Translations under genes and position numbers: made by a program | The notes under the pieces: model-generated | Seen by the model: only the letters and a program-made list of their open reading frames with translations | Databases searched by the model: none | What the model was told of the DNA's origin: nothing | Assembly (NCBI GenBank): GCA_052246995.1 | Contig: JBQPWD010000002.1 | Coordinates: forward strand, 1-64,000 | DNA from: Candidatus Bathyarchaeota archaeon | GTDB taxonomy: Archaea; Thermoproteota; Bathyarchaeia; Hecatellales; Hecatellaceae | DNA: 64,000 nt | Reading direction: 5' to 3' | Shown here: piece by piece, positions 30,894-40,423 of the stretch | How positions within the stretch are numbered: position 1 is the stretch's first letter | Layout of the letters: each line of letters starts with the position of its first letter

Positions 30894-31199
30894 TTGTCTT
30901 ATCAGAAATTAAAGATTAAAAGTAAACCATCCTGGAAGGAACTTTTACCTGGAGGCATAATTCCTGAACCTGCGACTTCACGTTTTTATCTAACTGGCGA
31001 TTGGAGAAATTTTAGACCTACTATAGACAGGAGTAAGTGTACTAAGTGTGGTTTATGCTGGATTTATTGTCCAGATATGGCCATTATGGCTACTTCTGAA
31101 GGTTTTTATGAGGTAAACTTAGATTACTGTAAAGGTTGCGGTATATGCTCTGAAGAATGTCCTGTTAAGGCTATAAAAATGGTTGAGGAGGAGGAGTAG
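30894..31199 (+). CDS. porD: 2-oxoacid:ferredoxin oxidoreductase delta subunit (2x[4Fe-4S])
   Basis: TGDWR, CTKCGLCWIYCP, YCKGCGICSEECP. Confidence 0.93.
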   Translation: MSYQKLKIKSKPSWKELLPGGIIPEPATSRFYLTGDWRNFRPTIDRSKCTKCGLCWIYCPDMAIMATSEGFYEVNLDYCKGCGICSEECPVKAIKMVEEEE

Positions 31200-31202
31200 G
31201 TT

Positions 31203-32387
31203 TTGGCGAAGAGAATAGCTATAGAATGTTCACATGCTGCCTCGCTTGCAGCTAAACTTGCAAGAGCTGATGTTATTGCTGCCTACCCCATAACTCCTCA
31301 AACACACATTGTTGAAAAACTTTCAGAGTATGTTTCTGATGGTGAGCTTGATGCCGAATATATTAACGTAGAGTCTGAGCATTCAGCTTTAAGTGCATGT
31401 ATAGGTGCTTCAGCTGTTGGTGCTCGTGTTTTCACAGCAACAGCAGGCCAAGGGTTAGCTCTTATGCATGAAATGCTCTTTATTGCCGCTGGAAATAGAC
31501 TTCCAATAGTTATGGCAGTTACAACTCGCTCCTTATCTCCAAACCTGAACATATGGGGAGATCAAAGTGATGCTATGGCTTCTAGGGATTGTGGATGGAT
31601 TACGTTTTATGCTGAAAATGCCCAAGAAATTTTTGATTTAATCATACAGGCATTTAAAATTGGTGAGGATGAAAGGGTTATGCTTCCGGTTATGGTTTGC
31701 TTTGACGGTTTTTACGTTACACATGTTATAGAACCAATAATAGCTTTAAGCCAAGAAGAGGTTGATAGTTTTCTTCCACCTAGAAAAATTCCATGGTATG
31801 CTTTACACCCAGACAATCCCACAACATGGGGGCCAATAGGCTTACCCGAAATACAAACAGAACTAAAAAAGCAGCATGATTACGCCTTACGTAGCTCTAA
31901 ACCCGTAATTAAGGAGGTTTGGAAAGAATTTGGAGAAATGTTTGGTAGATGGTATGATGTTTTTGAACCCTACAAAATGGAGGATGCTGATGTTGTACTT
32001 CTTTTAATGGGTGGTTCATGTGGAACTGCAAGAGTTGCTGTTGATAAGCTTAGAGAAAAAGGTGAAAAGGTGGGGTTACTAAAGTTAAGAATGTTTAGAC
32101 CTTTCCCCTTTGAGGAACTTTTAAACTTTGCCAAGAAAGTTAAGGCTTTGGCTGTTGTTGACAAAGCAATATCTATTGGTGGTGTTGGCGGCCCAATTTT
32201 TAGTGAAATTCGCTCAGCCCTTTATGGTTTGGATGATAAACCTAAAGTTTTAGGTTTTATTGCAGGGATTGGTGGGAGAGATATCACAATCAACGATTTT
32301 ATAGGTATTTACAAAAAAACTAGGGCGGTTTTAGCTGGTGAAAAAATAGAGAATGATTTTATGTTCTTCCAGTTGAGGGAGGGGTAG
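31203..32387 (+). CDS. porA: 2-oxoacid:ferredoxin oxidoreductase alpha subunit
   Basis: AAYPITPQT, VESEHSA, TATAGQGL, FRPFP. Confidence 0.93.
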   Translation: MAKRIAIECSHAASLAAKLARADVIAAYPITPQTHIVEKLSEYVSDGELDAEYINVESEHSALSACIGASAVGARVFTATAGQGLALMHEMLFIAAGNRLPIVMAVTTRSLSPNLNIWGDQSDAMASRDCGWITFYAENAQEIFDLIIQAFKIGEDERVMLPVMVCFDGFYVTHVIEPIIALSQEEVDSFLPPRKIPWYALHPDNPTTWGPIGLPEIQTELKKQHDYALRSSKPVIKEVWKEFGEMFGRWYDVFEPYKMEDADVVLLLMGGSCGTARVAVDKLREKGEKVGLLKLRMFRPFPFEELLNFAKKVKALAVVDKAISIGGVGGPIFSEIRSALYGLDDKPKVLGFIAGIGGRDITINDFIGIYKKTRAVLAGEKIENDFMFFQLREG

Positions 32388-32391
32388 CAAA

Positions 32392-33321
32392 TTGATTTCT
32401 GAAAAAGTTTACTTTAAAAGTTTGAAAGAAATCCCTAAAGAAGACTACTTTGTTTATGGACATAGGGCTTGTGCAGGTTGTGCTGAACCTATAATTGTTA
32501 AACTTGTTTTAAAATCCATAGGTAAAGATTGTATAGTTATATCCCCAACAGGATGCTTAGAAATCATTTCCTCACCCTATCCATACACTTCATGGGCTGT
32601 ACCATGGTATCATGTGGCTTTTGAAAATGCTGCTGCTGTTGCATCAGGTGTTGAAGCCGCACTTAAAGTTCTTATACGTAAGGGTAAACTTCCAAATAAA
32701 AAGGTTCACGTTGTTGTTTTTGCTGGTGATGGTGGCACTGCGGATATAGGTTTTCAGGCTCTTTCAGGAGCCCTTGAAAGAGGACATGACCTACTATATG
32801 TTTGCCTTGATAATGAAGCATACATGAACACTGGCATCCAAAGGTCAAGTTCAACCCCGTTTGGTGCATGGACAACAACTTCAGCCGTTGGTAAAGTTTT
32901 TCTAGGAAAGCCTCAATGGAAAAAGGATATGGCAAAGATTGCTGTTGCACACGACATTCCCTATGTTGCAACCGCTTCGCCAGCGTATCCGTTAGACCTT
33001 ATGAATAAGGCTAGAAGAGGAGTTGAGGTTGATGGTCCTGCATATCTTCACGTCATTAGTCCATGTGTGCCTGGTTGGAGGATTAGGCCTGAGATGACAA
33101 TTAAACTTGCAAGATTGGCAGTTCAAACAGGGATTTTTCCGCTTTATGAAGTTGAGAATGGTGTTCTACGGGTTACAGTTAAAGTTTCTAAGAGGAAGAG
33201 GGTTGAAGAATATCTTAAACTTCAGGGAAGATTTGCCCACTTAACAGAGGATATGGTTAAGAAAATTCAGGAGCATGTTGATAAGGAAGCTGAAAAACTT
33301 GGCTTAGGCTCAAGAGAGTAG
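32392..33321 (+). CDS. porB: 2-oxoacid:ferredoxin oxidoreductase beta subunit (TPP-binding)
   Basis: GHRACAGC, GDGGTADIG, DNEAYMNTG, SPCVPGW. Confidence 0.93.
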   Translation: MISEKVYFKSLKEIPKEDYFVYGHRACAGCAEPIIVKLVLKSIGKDCIVISPTGCLEIISSPYPYTSWAVPWYHVAFENAAAVASGVEAALKVLIRKGKLPNKKVHVVVFAGDGGTADIGFQALSGALERGHDLLYVCLDNEAYMNTGIQRSSSTPFGAWTTTSAVGKVFLGKPQWKKDMAKIAVAHDIPYVATASPAYPLDLMNKARRGVEVDGPAYLHVISPCVPGWRIRPEMTIKLARLAVQTGIFPLYEVENGVLRVTVKVSKRKRVEEYLKLQGRFAHLTEDMVKKIQEHVDKEAEKLGLGSRE

Positions 33322-33332
33322 GTTTAAATTCT

Positions 33333-33740
33333 TTAAACTATTTTTTCTTTCTTAGTTTTTTCGTCAAAATCTATGTAAACCACTTCTACTATACCCGCCT
33401 GTTTCATAAGTTTTCTACATATGTTGCATGGTGGTGCTGTTACATACATTACTCCACCATTAACACTTATACCATGTTTAGCTGCCATTAATAGTGCATT
33501 TGTTTCGGCATGAACACCTCTACAATCCTCATAACCATGACCCCTAGGTTGGCCCTCTCTTGCACATACACCTATATCTACGCAATGAGCCTCTCCACGC
33601 GGAGCTCCATTATACCCTGAACATAGAAAAAGGTTTTCCTTAACTACTACAGCCCCAACCTTATTTTTTAAACATGTTGAACGTTCAGAAACAACTTTTG
33701 CGATTTTCAACCAATATTCTTCCCATGAAATTCTTTTCAT
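33333..33740 (-). CDS. dCMP deaminase / cytidine-deoxycytidylate deaminase family
   Basis: RSTC, GYNG, HAE, PCNIC. Confidence 0.9.
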   Translation of the reverse strand: MKRISWEEYWLKIAKVVSERSTCLKNKVGAVVVKENLFLCSGYNGAPRGEAHCVDIGVCAREGQPRGHGYEDCRGVHAETNALLMAAKHGISVNGGVMYVTAPPCNICRKLMKQAGIVEVVYIDFDEKTKKEKIV

Positions 33741-33841
33741 ACACCTTCACTACCTCACTAAAACATTGTTTTGTAATTTTTATTTTAACTGGCAAAAAAA
33801 CTTTTACGGAGAACTTTATTAGTTTTGGGAAAAAATAAAGG

Positions 33842-34130
33842 TTATAGTACCTGCTTAGGATTGTTTCCACTTATGGTTGTTTCAGGAATGATTTATTCTA
33901 TACTTGCAATTTACATTAATGAGGCTGGGCATCAGCTCTTCAGGTTGGTACATTTTTTTACTGTTGGTGTTTTTTAAGAAAATTAGAATAAGAAAGTTTT
34001 TGTGTCAATGGCTATGTTTGTCTTTATTATGCTTTTGCTGAAAACTTAATAGACTCACACTATTGGTAGTCCAGTTTGGGCATCATCATAGGTTCGCGTT
34101 TAGGAAAGGGTCCTAGCTGAAACTTATAGT
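33842..34130 (+). pseudogene. Degraded MFS-transporter-like fragment
   Basis: Reads CLGLFPLMVVSGMIYSILAIYINE, then after a frameshift ASALQVG (MFS TM1-TM2-like), then stop codons; ends approximate. Confidence 0.35.
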
Positions 34131-34254
34131 TTTTAGGCATAAAGCTTATTAGATGTTTTATTCTGATGGTGTTGAAGGGTATTTTTAACATGTCTTACGA
34201 CAAGAAACTTAAAATAAGTAAGGTTTTCTTAGACAGGTTTAACCTACTTAAAAC

Positions 34255-34431
34255 CTACTTAAATGTGGAGTAACTTTTGCTATATTCATAAAAAATCAAT
34301 GAACATTTACTGCAAATGTAGATATCCGACATTAGGCTTCGAGTCCTGCCTACCTTTACTGGAATTAATCCAACATGTACACTATTCTCCCCACCACATC
34401 TTGGACATAACCCTTTTCCGTTACCACTCAT
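34255..34431 (-). CDS. Small zinc-ribbon protein (58 aa), absent from the supplied ORF track
   Basis: MSGNGKGLCPRCGGENSVHVGLIPVKVGRTRSLMSDIYICSKCSLIFYEYSKSYSTFK; GGAGG ribosome-binding site upstream; CPxCG and CxxC. Confidence 0.75.
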   Translation of the reverse strand: MSGNGKGLCPRCGGENSVHVGLIPVKVGRTRSLMSDIYICSKCSLIFYEYSKSYSTFK

Positions 34432-34834
34432 ACATATTCCTCCAAAAATTCAAAAATTCTAATAATTATATATTTAATATTATAAATAAACTTTACCTAC
34501 AAAGAATTTAAAGCAAACAATTTACACAAAAACGTAAAAATGTTGTTGAAGATTAGGGAAAACATCATTTTTACTCTCCGTGAACCAAACGTCACAAAAA
34601 TCCTAACATGCTTGGGGCTTGGAGAAATTTTTTCCAAGCTTTTTTCTAGAAGCTTTCCAGCTAGGAGGTTTATGGTTTCACGATCTTAGATTAGATGCTC
34701 CGGTAAGTTGACAGTCTGGTTTTTGCCTCCTCAAGCTTTATTGCAACTTTAAGGTCCAACACTAAGTCAAGTTTGAGCGAACTGGGCTGGAGGTGAGTTT
34801 TTATTTAGCATGTTACGGATTTAAACAATTTGTA

Positions 34835-34909
34835 TGGAGCCGGGGGCAGGATTTGAACCTGCGTTTAGCGAGTCTGCAGCCCGCCGCCTAACCGCTCGGC
34901 CACCCCGGC
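34835..34909 (-). tRNA. tRNA-Cys(GCA) with encoded CCA
   Basis: Reverse complement: GCCGGGG...GCGGG-CTGCAGA-CTCGC...GCAGG-TTCAAAT-CCTGC-CCCCGGC-T-CCA; U73, G37. Confidence 0.96.
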
Positions 34910-34992
34910 TTCCTTATTTTTATATCCCTTGTTTGTAATTAATTTTTTGTTAACTATCTTTATATGGGTTTGATGGCATCTTAATTTTAGAT

Positions 34993-35622
34993 TTGACAAG
35001 CCAAATAGCTGTAGTTGTTTCTGATGGAAGATTATATTACCAGTTGGTTGAGGAGTTAAAAGGCAGAGGTTTACGCTTTATCGCTAAAAAACCAGGGGAA
35101 AAAATACCTTTAACGGTTAAGGTTGTTTTAACAACAAAGGATCTTGAAAAGTATGTTAGGCATCATACAATTGTTACGGTTGATGAAAAAAACCTTGGTG
35201 AAAGTTTAGCTAAAGCTTTAAAAATTGTTAAAGGTGTTAAAGCTGAGAAATGTGAAAAGTTAATTGTTGGCATTGACCCTGGAAAAAATGTAGGTTTTGC
35301 TGCTGTTGTTGATGGTGTTGTGGTTTTAACGGAAAATTTTAAGAGTTTTCATGAGGCTTATGAAGCTTTGAAAAACGTTTCTGAAATATATTGTCCTGAG
35401 GATATTATAGTGAAGATTGGTAAAGGTTCTTTACCTAAAAATGGCTTAAACAACAAGGTTGGTGATGTTTCAAACTTCGTAAAAAACATCTCAAATAGCT
35501 TTGCTTCTAAGATTAAAGTTTTATTTGTTGATGAAAACCGTACAACAAAAAAGGTTAAAAAGTTAAGGGTTAAAAGAGGGGAAAAAGACAAAAACTCGGC
35601 TGTAGAGATTGCTTTCAGATAA
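34993..35622 (+). CDS. YqgF/RuvC-like RNase H-fold protein with an extra N-terminal domain
   Basis: IVGIDPG, KIG, FVDENRTT and DKNSAVEIA match the YqgF motif order. Confidence 0.7.
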   Translation: MTSQIAVVVSDGRLYYQLVEELKGRGLRFIAKKPGEKIPLTVKVVLTTKDLEKYVRHHTIVTVDEKNLGESLAKALKIVKGVKAEKCEKLIVGIDPGKNVGFAAVVDGVVVLTENFKSFHEAYEALKNVSEIYCPEDIIVKIGKGSLPKNGLNNKVGDVSNFVKNISNSFASKIKVLFVDENRTTKKVKKLRVKRGEKDKNSAVEIAFR

Positions 35623-35633
35623 ATGTTGAGGCA

Positions 35634-36752
35634 GTGTTTAGGTTGAACACGGAAAGCAAGTTTGATTTAACAGTTAAGGCTGATAGGACCGTAATAGTTT
35701 CTGGACCTGCATTAGTAAAACTTGTAGAAGGTGAAGTTTCAGTTCTAGGTGCACCGTTAAATTCTGGGGGTGAAATTAAAGTTAGAGAATGTAAATCGTT
35801 GCCATTTTACTGTTCTTCACCAGCAAAACTTACGCTTAACTGTGGTGAAGAATCCTCTTTTAAGGAGGTTGAGGGGGACACCATACCTGAAGATTGGAAA
35901 GAAACTGTTAAAAAGATTTTGATTGAAGCCAAAACCAAAAACATTGGTGTTATGGTTGTTGGTGGAGTTGATACTGGAAAAACAACTTTTACCGTTTACG
36001 CATTAAACAATGCTTTAAAACAATCTTTAAGCGTTAACGTTGTCGATGCAGATATAGGACAGTCTGAAGTTGGGCCCCCAACAACCGTTGGCTGTTGCAG
36101 CCCTAAACACTACGTTTACGACTTTTTCTACGAAAATCCTGACAATGTCATATTTATAGGCTCAATAACTCCTGTAAATGTCCAATCTAGGATGGTTAAA
36201 GCAGTTTCAGACTTATGCTTAAACAGTAAAGAAAACTTTAACCTTACAGTACTAAACACGGACGGCTGGGTTTTAGGTGAGGATGCTAAGAAATATAAGC
36301 TTGAAATGGCAAAAAGTGCTAAGATAGAGTTTATTGTTGCTCTTCACTCTTCAGAAGACGAGCTTTCCCTTGCTGACATGTTTGAAAATAACGGTTTTAC
36401 AGTTTTTATGGTTAAGTCCTCTAGCTATGTAAAAAAAAGAAGCCGTGAAGAGAGAAAAAAGCTTAGATGGCAATCTTACTATAGGTACATGAAAAATTCC
36501 GCGGTAAAGGTGTTTTTGTTGGAGAATGTTAAAGTTGTTGGTAAATTGCAGGAAGAGGGTGTTCTTCTTGGGCTTTACGATAAAAATTCCAGTTTTCTCG
36601 GGCTTGGTGTTTTAAAAAACTTTGATAAAAATAGGGGATTAGTTAAAGTTTTTACACCAGTTAAAGGCAGCGTAGGGATTATTGAAGTTGGAGAAATAAC
36701 TATTAAAGATGAACTGGGCTTACCTTCGTATATACTAAGAATCTTTAGGTAG
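35634..36752 (+). CDS. Clp1/Grc3-family polynucleotide 5'-hydroxyl kinase
   Basis: GGVDTGKTT, DADIGQSEVGPP, NTDGW, RSREERKKLR lid. Confidence 0.9.
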   Translation: MFRLNTESKFDLTVKADRTVIVSGPALVKLVEGEVSVLGAPLNSGGEIKVRECKSLPFYCSSPAKLTLNCGEESSFKEVEGDTIPEDWKETVKKILIEAKTKNIGVMVVGGVDTGKTTFTVYALNNALKQSLSVNVVDADIGQSEVGPPTTVGCCSPKHYVYDFFYENPDNVIFIGSITPVNVQSRMVKAVSDLCLNSKENFNLTVLNTDGWVLGEDAKKYKLEMAKSAKIEFIVALHSSEDELSLADMFENNGFTVFMVKSSSYVKKRSREERKKLRWQSYYRYMKNSAVKVFLLENVKVVGKLQEEGVLLGLYDKNSSFLGLGVLKNFDKNRGLVKVFTPVKGSVGIIEVGEITIKDELGLPSYILRIFR

Positions 36753-36764
36753 AGATAGGAAAAT

Positions 36765-37463
36765 TTAATCTCTAACTTTTTTTCTCAACTTTTCAACTAT
36801 CAGCTTAACTTTTTCACACCTTCCACCATTCTTACACTGGATTATTTGTAGAGAATCTTTTGGTGTTAAAGGTAAGAATTCTTCAACGCCACATTTTCTT
36901 ACAATACTTAATGCTACTCTCTGAAGCTCACCTACAAGCTTTGAATCTACAAGGTCTGCTAAATGAACAATTAACGCTTCTACAGTTCTTGGTGGTATAG
37001 GACTTGCCTCCCCATGTGATGCTGCAAGCACATGAATAAAGTCTAACGGTAATCCCTGATTATATGCTTCAGCCACAAGTATAGATAGATGGTCTAACCT
37101 TTCACCTAAACCTGAGAAATCAAATTTTCCATCTTCCTCTTGAGTATATGTCAATGGTTTATAGAGGTCATGTAGTAATGCTCCAGCTAAAACATAGTCC
37201 CTATTTATCCCCTTACACCCATAAACTTTTTCCAATATTTCAACAAGCATCAAAGCGATTTTAACGGTTGATAGTGTATGTTGGACTAATCCCCCAGTAT
37301 AGGAGTGATGATGAGATTTACCAGCAGGAGAAACATAAAAATGTAAACTCCTCGACTCACCAAAACTGGTTATGGAAGATTTAAAAAACTTTTTAACTCT
37401 AACCATAAACTTTTTATCCCTTATTTTCTTAAAAAGGATGTCAATATCCCTTTTTAAACTCAT
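36765..37463 (-). CDS. mptB: HD-domain phosphodiesterase resembling dihydroneopterin 2',3'-cyclic phosphate phosphodiesterase
   Basis: SPA...HHSY.GGLVQHT, EKVYG...NRD...AGALLHD..KP, LDHL...VAE, SHG..SP..P...EA.IVH.AD; closely follows the MJ0837/MptB pattern as recalled. Confidence 0.7.
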   Translation of the reverse strand: MSLKRDIDILFKKIRDKKFMVRVKKFFKSSITSFGESRSLHFYVSPAGKSHHHSYTGGLVQHTLSTVKIALMLVEILEKVYGCKGINRDYVLAGALLHDLYKPLTYTQEEDGKFDFSGLGERLDHLSILVAEAYNQGLPLDFIHVLAASHGEASPIPPRTVEALIVHLADLVDSKLVGELQRVALSIVRKCGVEEFLPLTPKDSLQIIQCKNGGRCEKVKLIVEKLRKKVRD

Positions 37464-37557
37464 AACTTAGTACACCTAAAAACTATTAATCAGCAAGTTA
37501 GCTATAAGTTAAAGCTACAAAAAGCTAATTTAAACCTAAAAGGTCTACTAGATTAAG

Positions 37558-37644
37558 GCCGGGGTGGCGGAGTTGGTAACGCGCCGGACTCGAGATCCGG
37601 TGAGCCTTTAAAGGCTCGTATGGGTTCAAATCCCATCCCCGGCG
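37558..37644 (+). tRNA. tRNA-Ser(CGA)
   Basis: Acceptor GCCGGGG/CCCCGGC, CCGGA-CTCGAGA-TCCGG, long variable arm GAGCC-TTTAAA-GGCTC, G73. Confidence 0.96.
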
Positions 37645-38247
37645 CTACATCCTCATCAGCATTTTCTTAATGAACCGAGAACTTTGGTTTTGGAGAAGGT
37701 CTCCCTTTCAAGCCTAGCTTCAATATTAACCACGCAATCACTTTCATCAGCAGCTTTAATACGAAAACATAGAACAGTATGATAGCATCAGAAGCATGAA
37801 ATGTTTTACACGATACTCATTTTCTTTTTATAAGTTTATTAGCAGAAAAATTTGTGTAAATGGTGCAACTAGTAGTAGCTATGAATTACAAAAAGCTATG
37901 GCCTTTATCCTTGTACTTAGCTTCTTATGAGTTTCCAGAAGAATAAAGGATCCTGGTTAAACAAGGAATTGGTAAGTATTCTTCTGAAAGGAAGACCAAC
38001 AACATAAAAAGTGTGAGATGTTATTTTCTTTCTGGAATGCTATCTGTTAACTCCATTCATCCCAACCGAAGGGTTAATTTCATATCTATCTTTAACCTTT
38101 AAAATAAAGTTTGCTAGTTTTCTTTTTCTAGGCCCTATGCGAATTTCAATAAGCATACAACCAATTATTTCTCAAAACATTTTTAAAAACTAACGTTAGT
38201 TTTAAGTATCACTTAATCCCACAATTTTTTCATAAAAAGGTTATGGT

Positions 38248-39693
38248 GTGTGGATTTTTATGCCTTTAAGAACACCTCAACAGTATTTTGAAGCGCTTAA
38301 AAAAATGAAACCAAATGTTTACATCGATGGGGAGTTAGTAGGCAGAGATGACCCTAAACTTAGACCAGGTATAAACGTTATTGCTAAAACCTATGAGCTT
38401 GCTCAAAACCCTGAATATCAGAATCTTATTTTAGCAACATCCCATCTTACAGGTGAAAAAATTAACAGGTTTACTCATATAAACAGAAGTCAAGAAGACT
38501 TGTTAAAAAAACAGGAGATGATTCGTAGGCTTTGTCATGTTACTGGTGGATGTATCCAACGTTGTATGGGTTGTGACGCAATAAATGCTCTTTCAGTTGT
38601 AACCTATGAAGCTGACAAAAAATATGGAACAAGTTATTATGAAAACTTTATAAAGTTTTTAAGGTTTTTTCAGCAAAACGACCTATGTGCCGCTGCTGCT
38701 CAAACAGATGTTAAAGGTAATAGGGTTCTAAGGCCTCATCAACAGAAAGATCCGGATCTTTATATGCGTATTGTTGAGAAAAGAGATGATGGTATAATCG
38801 TTAGGGGAGCAAAAAATCATATAACGATGGCTTCCTACGCAGATGAAATCATAGTTCTACCTACAAGGGCAATGACAGAGAGGGACAAAAACTGGGCTGT
38901 TTCTTTTGCTGTTCCAGGAGATTGGGAAGGTGTTAAACATGTTGTACGTGCAACAGCGCCAAGACCTAGAGAAAAACTACATGCTCCTATTGAGGAGTTT
39001 GGTGTTGGAGACTCTTTTATAATATTTAACGATGTTTTTGTTCCATGGGATCGTGTGTTTCTTTGTGGTGAATGGGATTTTGCAGGTCTTCTTGCTCATC
39101 ATTTTGCTAATTACCATAGACATAGCTACACTGGATGTAAGCCCGCGGTTACAGATATAATGCTTGGCTCAGCAGCACTTGTAGCAGAATATAATGGTAT
39201 TGAAGACCGTCCGCATGTAAGAACCAAGCTTGTTGAGATGGCTTGCCTTGCTGAGCTTGTATATGCCGCAGGTGTTGCATCTGCAGTTAAATCTACAATT
39301 TCAGGCTCAGGTACATGTGTACCTGACATGATATTTACCAATGCCGGAAGACGTCATGCCGGAGTAAATATCTATCATGAATTTGATGTGGTAACAGAGC
39401 TTGCAGGCGGTCTTCCTGCAACATTACCGTTTGAAAAAGACTTTTATAATCCTGAGGTTGGACCACTGCTTGAGAAATATATTATGAGAAAAGAGAATAT
39501 TTCTTCTGAAAAGCAGCATAGGTGTTTTAGGTTTCTTTCAGACATTCTTTGTTCAGCATTAGCTGGAGTAACCCAGATTGCAGGGGTTCATGGTGGAGGT
39601 TCCCCAATAATGGAGGAAATTATAATATCTCAGGTATACAACTTTGAAGAAAGAAAGAGTATCGCTAAAAAGCTTGCAGGTATAAAGGATTAA
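38248..39693 (+). CDS. 4-hydroxybutyryl-CoA dehydratase-like FAD/[4Fe-4S] enzyme (HpaB/AbfD family); likely start ATG 38260
   Basis: CIQRCMG, QTDVKGNR, RGAK.H, VFVPWDRVF, HRHSYTGCK, HGGGSP. Confidence 0.85.
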   Translation: MWIFMPLRTPQQYFEALKKMKPNVYIDGELVGRDDPKLRPGINVIAKTYELAQNPEYQNLILATSHLTGEKINRFTHINRSQEDLLKKQEMIRRLCHVTGGCIQRCMGCDAINALSVVTYEADKKYGTSYYENFIKFLRFFQQNDLCAAAAQTDVKGNRVLRPHQQKDPDLYMRIVEKRDDGIIVRGAKNHITMASYADEIIVLPTRAMTERDKNWAVSFAVPGDWEGVKHVVRATAPRPREKLHAPIEEFGVGDSFIIFNDVFVPWDRVFLCGEWDFAGLLAHHFANYHRHSYTGCKPAVTDIMLGSAALVAEYNGIEDRPHVRTKLVEMACLAELVYAAGVASAVKSTISGSGTCVPDMIFTNAGRRHAGVNIYHEFDVVTELAGGLPATLPFEKDFYNPEVGPLLEKYIMRKENISSEKQHRCFRFLSDILCSALAGVTQIAGVHGGGSPIMEEIIISQVYNFEERKSIAKKLAGIKD

Positions 39694-39724
39694 ACAAATT
39701 TTAACCCTCAAACTTTATCTTTTT

Positions 39725-40423
39725 ATGATGAAAAATTTAACAGTAGATAAATCAACAATTCCTGAATGGTTTAACATATTTAAAGCTAGAAAGATTCAGC
39801 AGGAATTTGCTAAGAAGGTTATAATTAAAGAGCTTTCCCTTAAAAATGTTAAAACTATTTGTGGGTTTGATGTTGCATACAAAGGCGAGAATGCTTATGC
39901 TTCTGCTGTTGTTTTAAATTTTAAAGATCTAAGCATGCTTGAACTTAGCGTTTTAAAATTACCTGTCAAGTTTCCTTATATTCCAACCTTACTATCTTTT
40001 CGTGAAGCACCTTTAATTTTTAAAGTTTTTAGTGTACTTAAAACTAAACCTGATGTGTTGATGGTTGAAGGACATGGTTTGGCTCATCCTTATGGTTGCG
40101 GTTTAGCAACTCATGTGGGTGTTGTTTTAAGGCTTCCAACTATAGGTGTTGCTAAAAAACTTTTATGTGGTTTTGAAGGTAAATTTGTAGATGGTAAGGC
40201 TAAGATAATGTATGATGGCAAAGTTGTTGGTTACGCTGTTAAGGTAAAAGGTGAAGATAAGCCAATATACGTTAGTGTTGGAAACATGTTGACGTTTGAA
40301 GATGCGTTAAAGATTACGTGTAAATGCTTGAAAGGTAGTAGACTTCCAGAACCTTTAAGATTGGCTCATATTTACGCGGAAAAGTATAAAAGGGAAAACT
40401 TGAAGGAGATAAGGGAAGCTTGA
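39725..40423 (+). CDS. nfi: Endonuclease V
   Basis: GFDVAY, FPYIPTLLSFRE, G.GLAHP..CGLATH.G, TIGVAK, YVSVG, RLPEP. Confidence 0.93.
   Translation: MMKNLTVDKSTIPEWFNIFKARKIQQEFAKKVIIKELSLKNVKTICGFDVAYKGENAYASAVVLNFKDLSMLELSVLKLPVKFPYIPTLLSFREAPLIFKVFSVLKTKPDVLMVEGHGLAHPYGCGLATHVGVVLRLPTIGVAKKLLCGFEGKFVDGKAKIMYDGKVVGYAVKVKGEDKPIYVSVGNMLTFEDALKITCKCLKGSRLPEPLRLAHIYAEKYKRENLKEIREA

Noticed and set aside
34263-34511. 82-aa ORF on + strand
   Set aside because: Atypical composition; the opposite strand carries a better ORF with an RBS and Zn-ribbon motif
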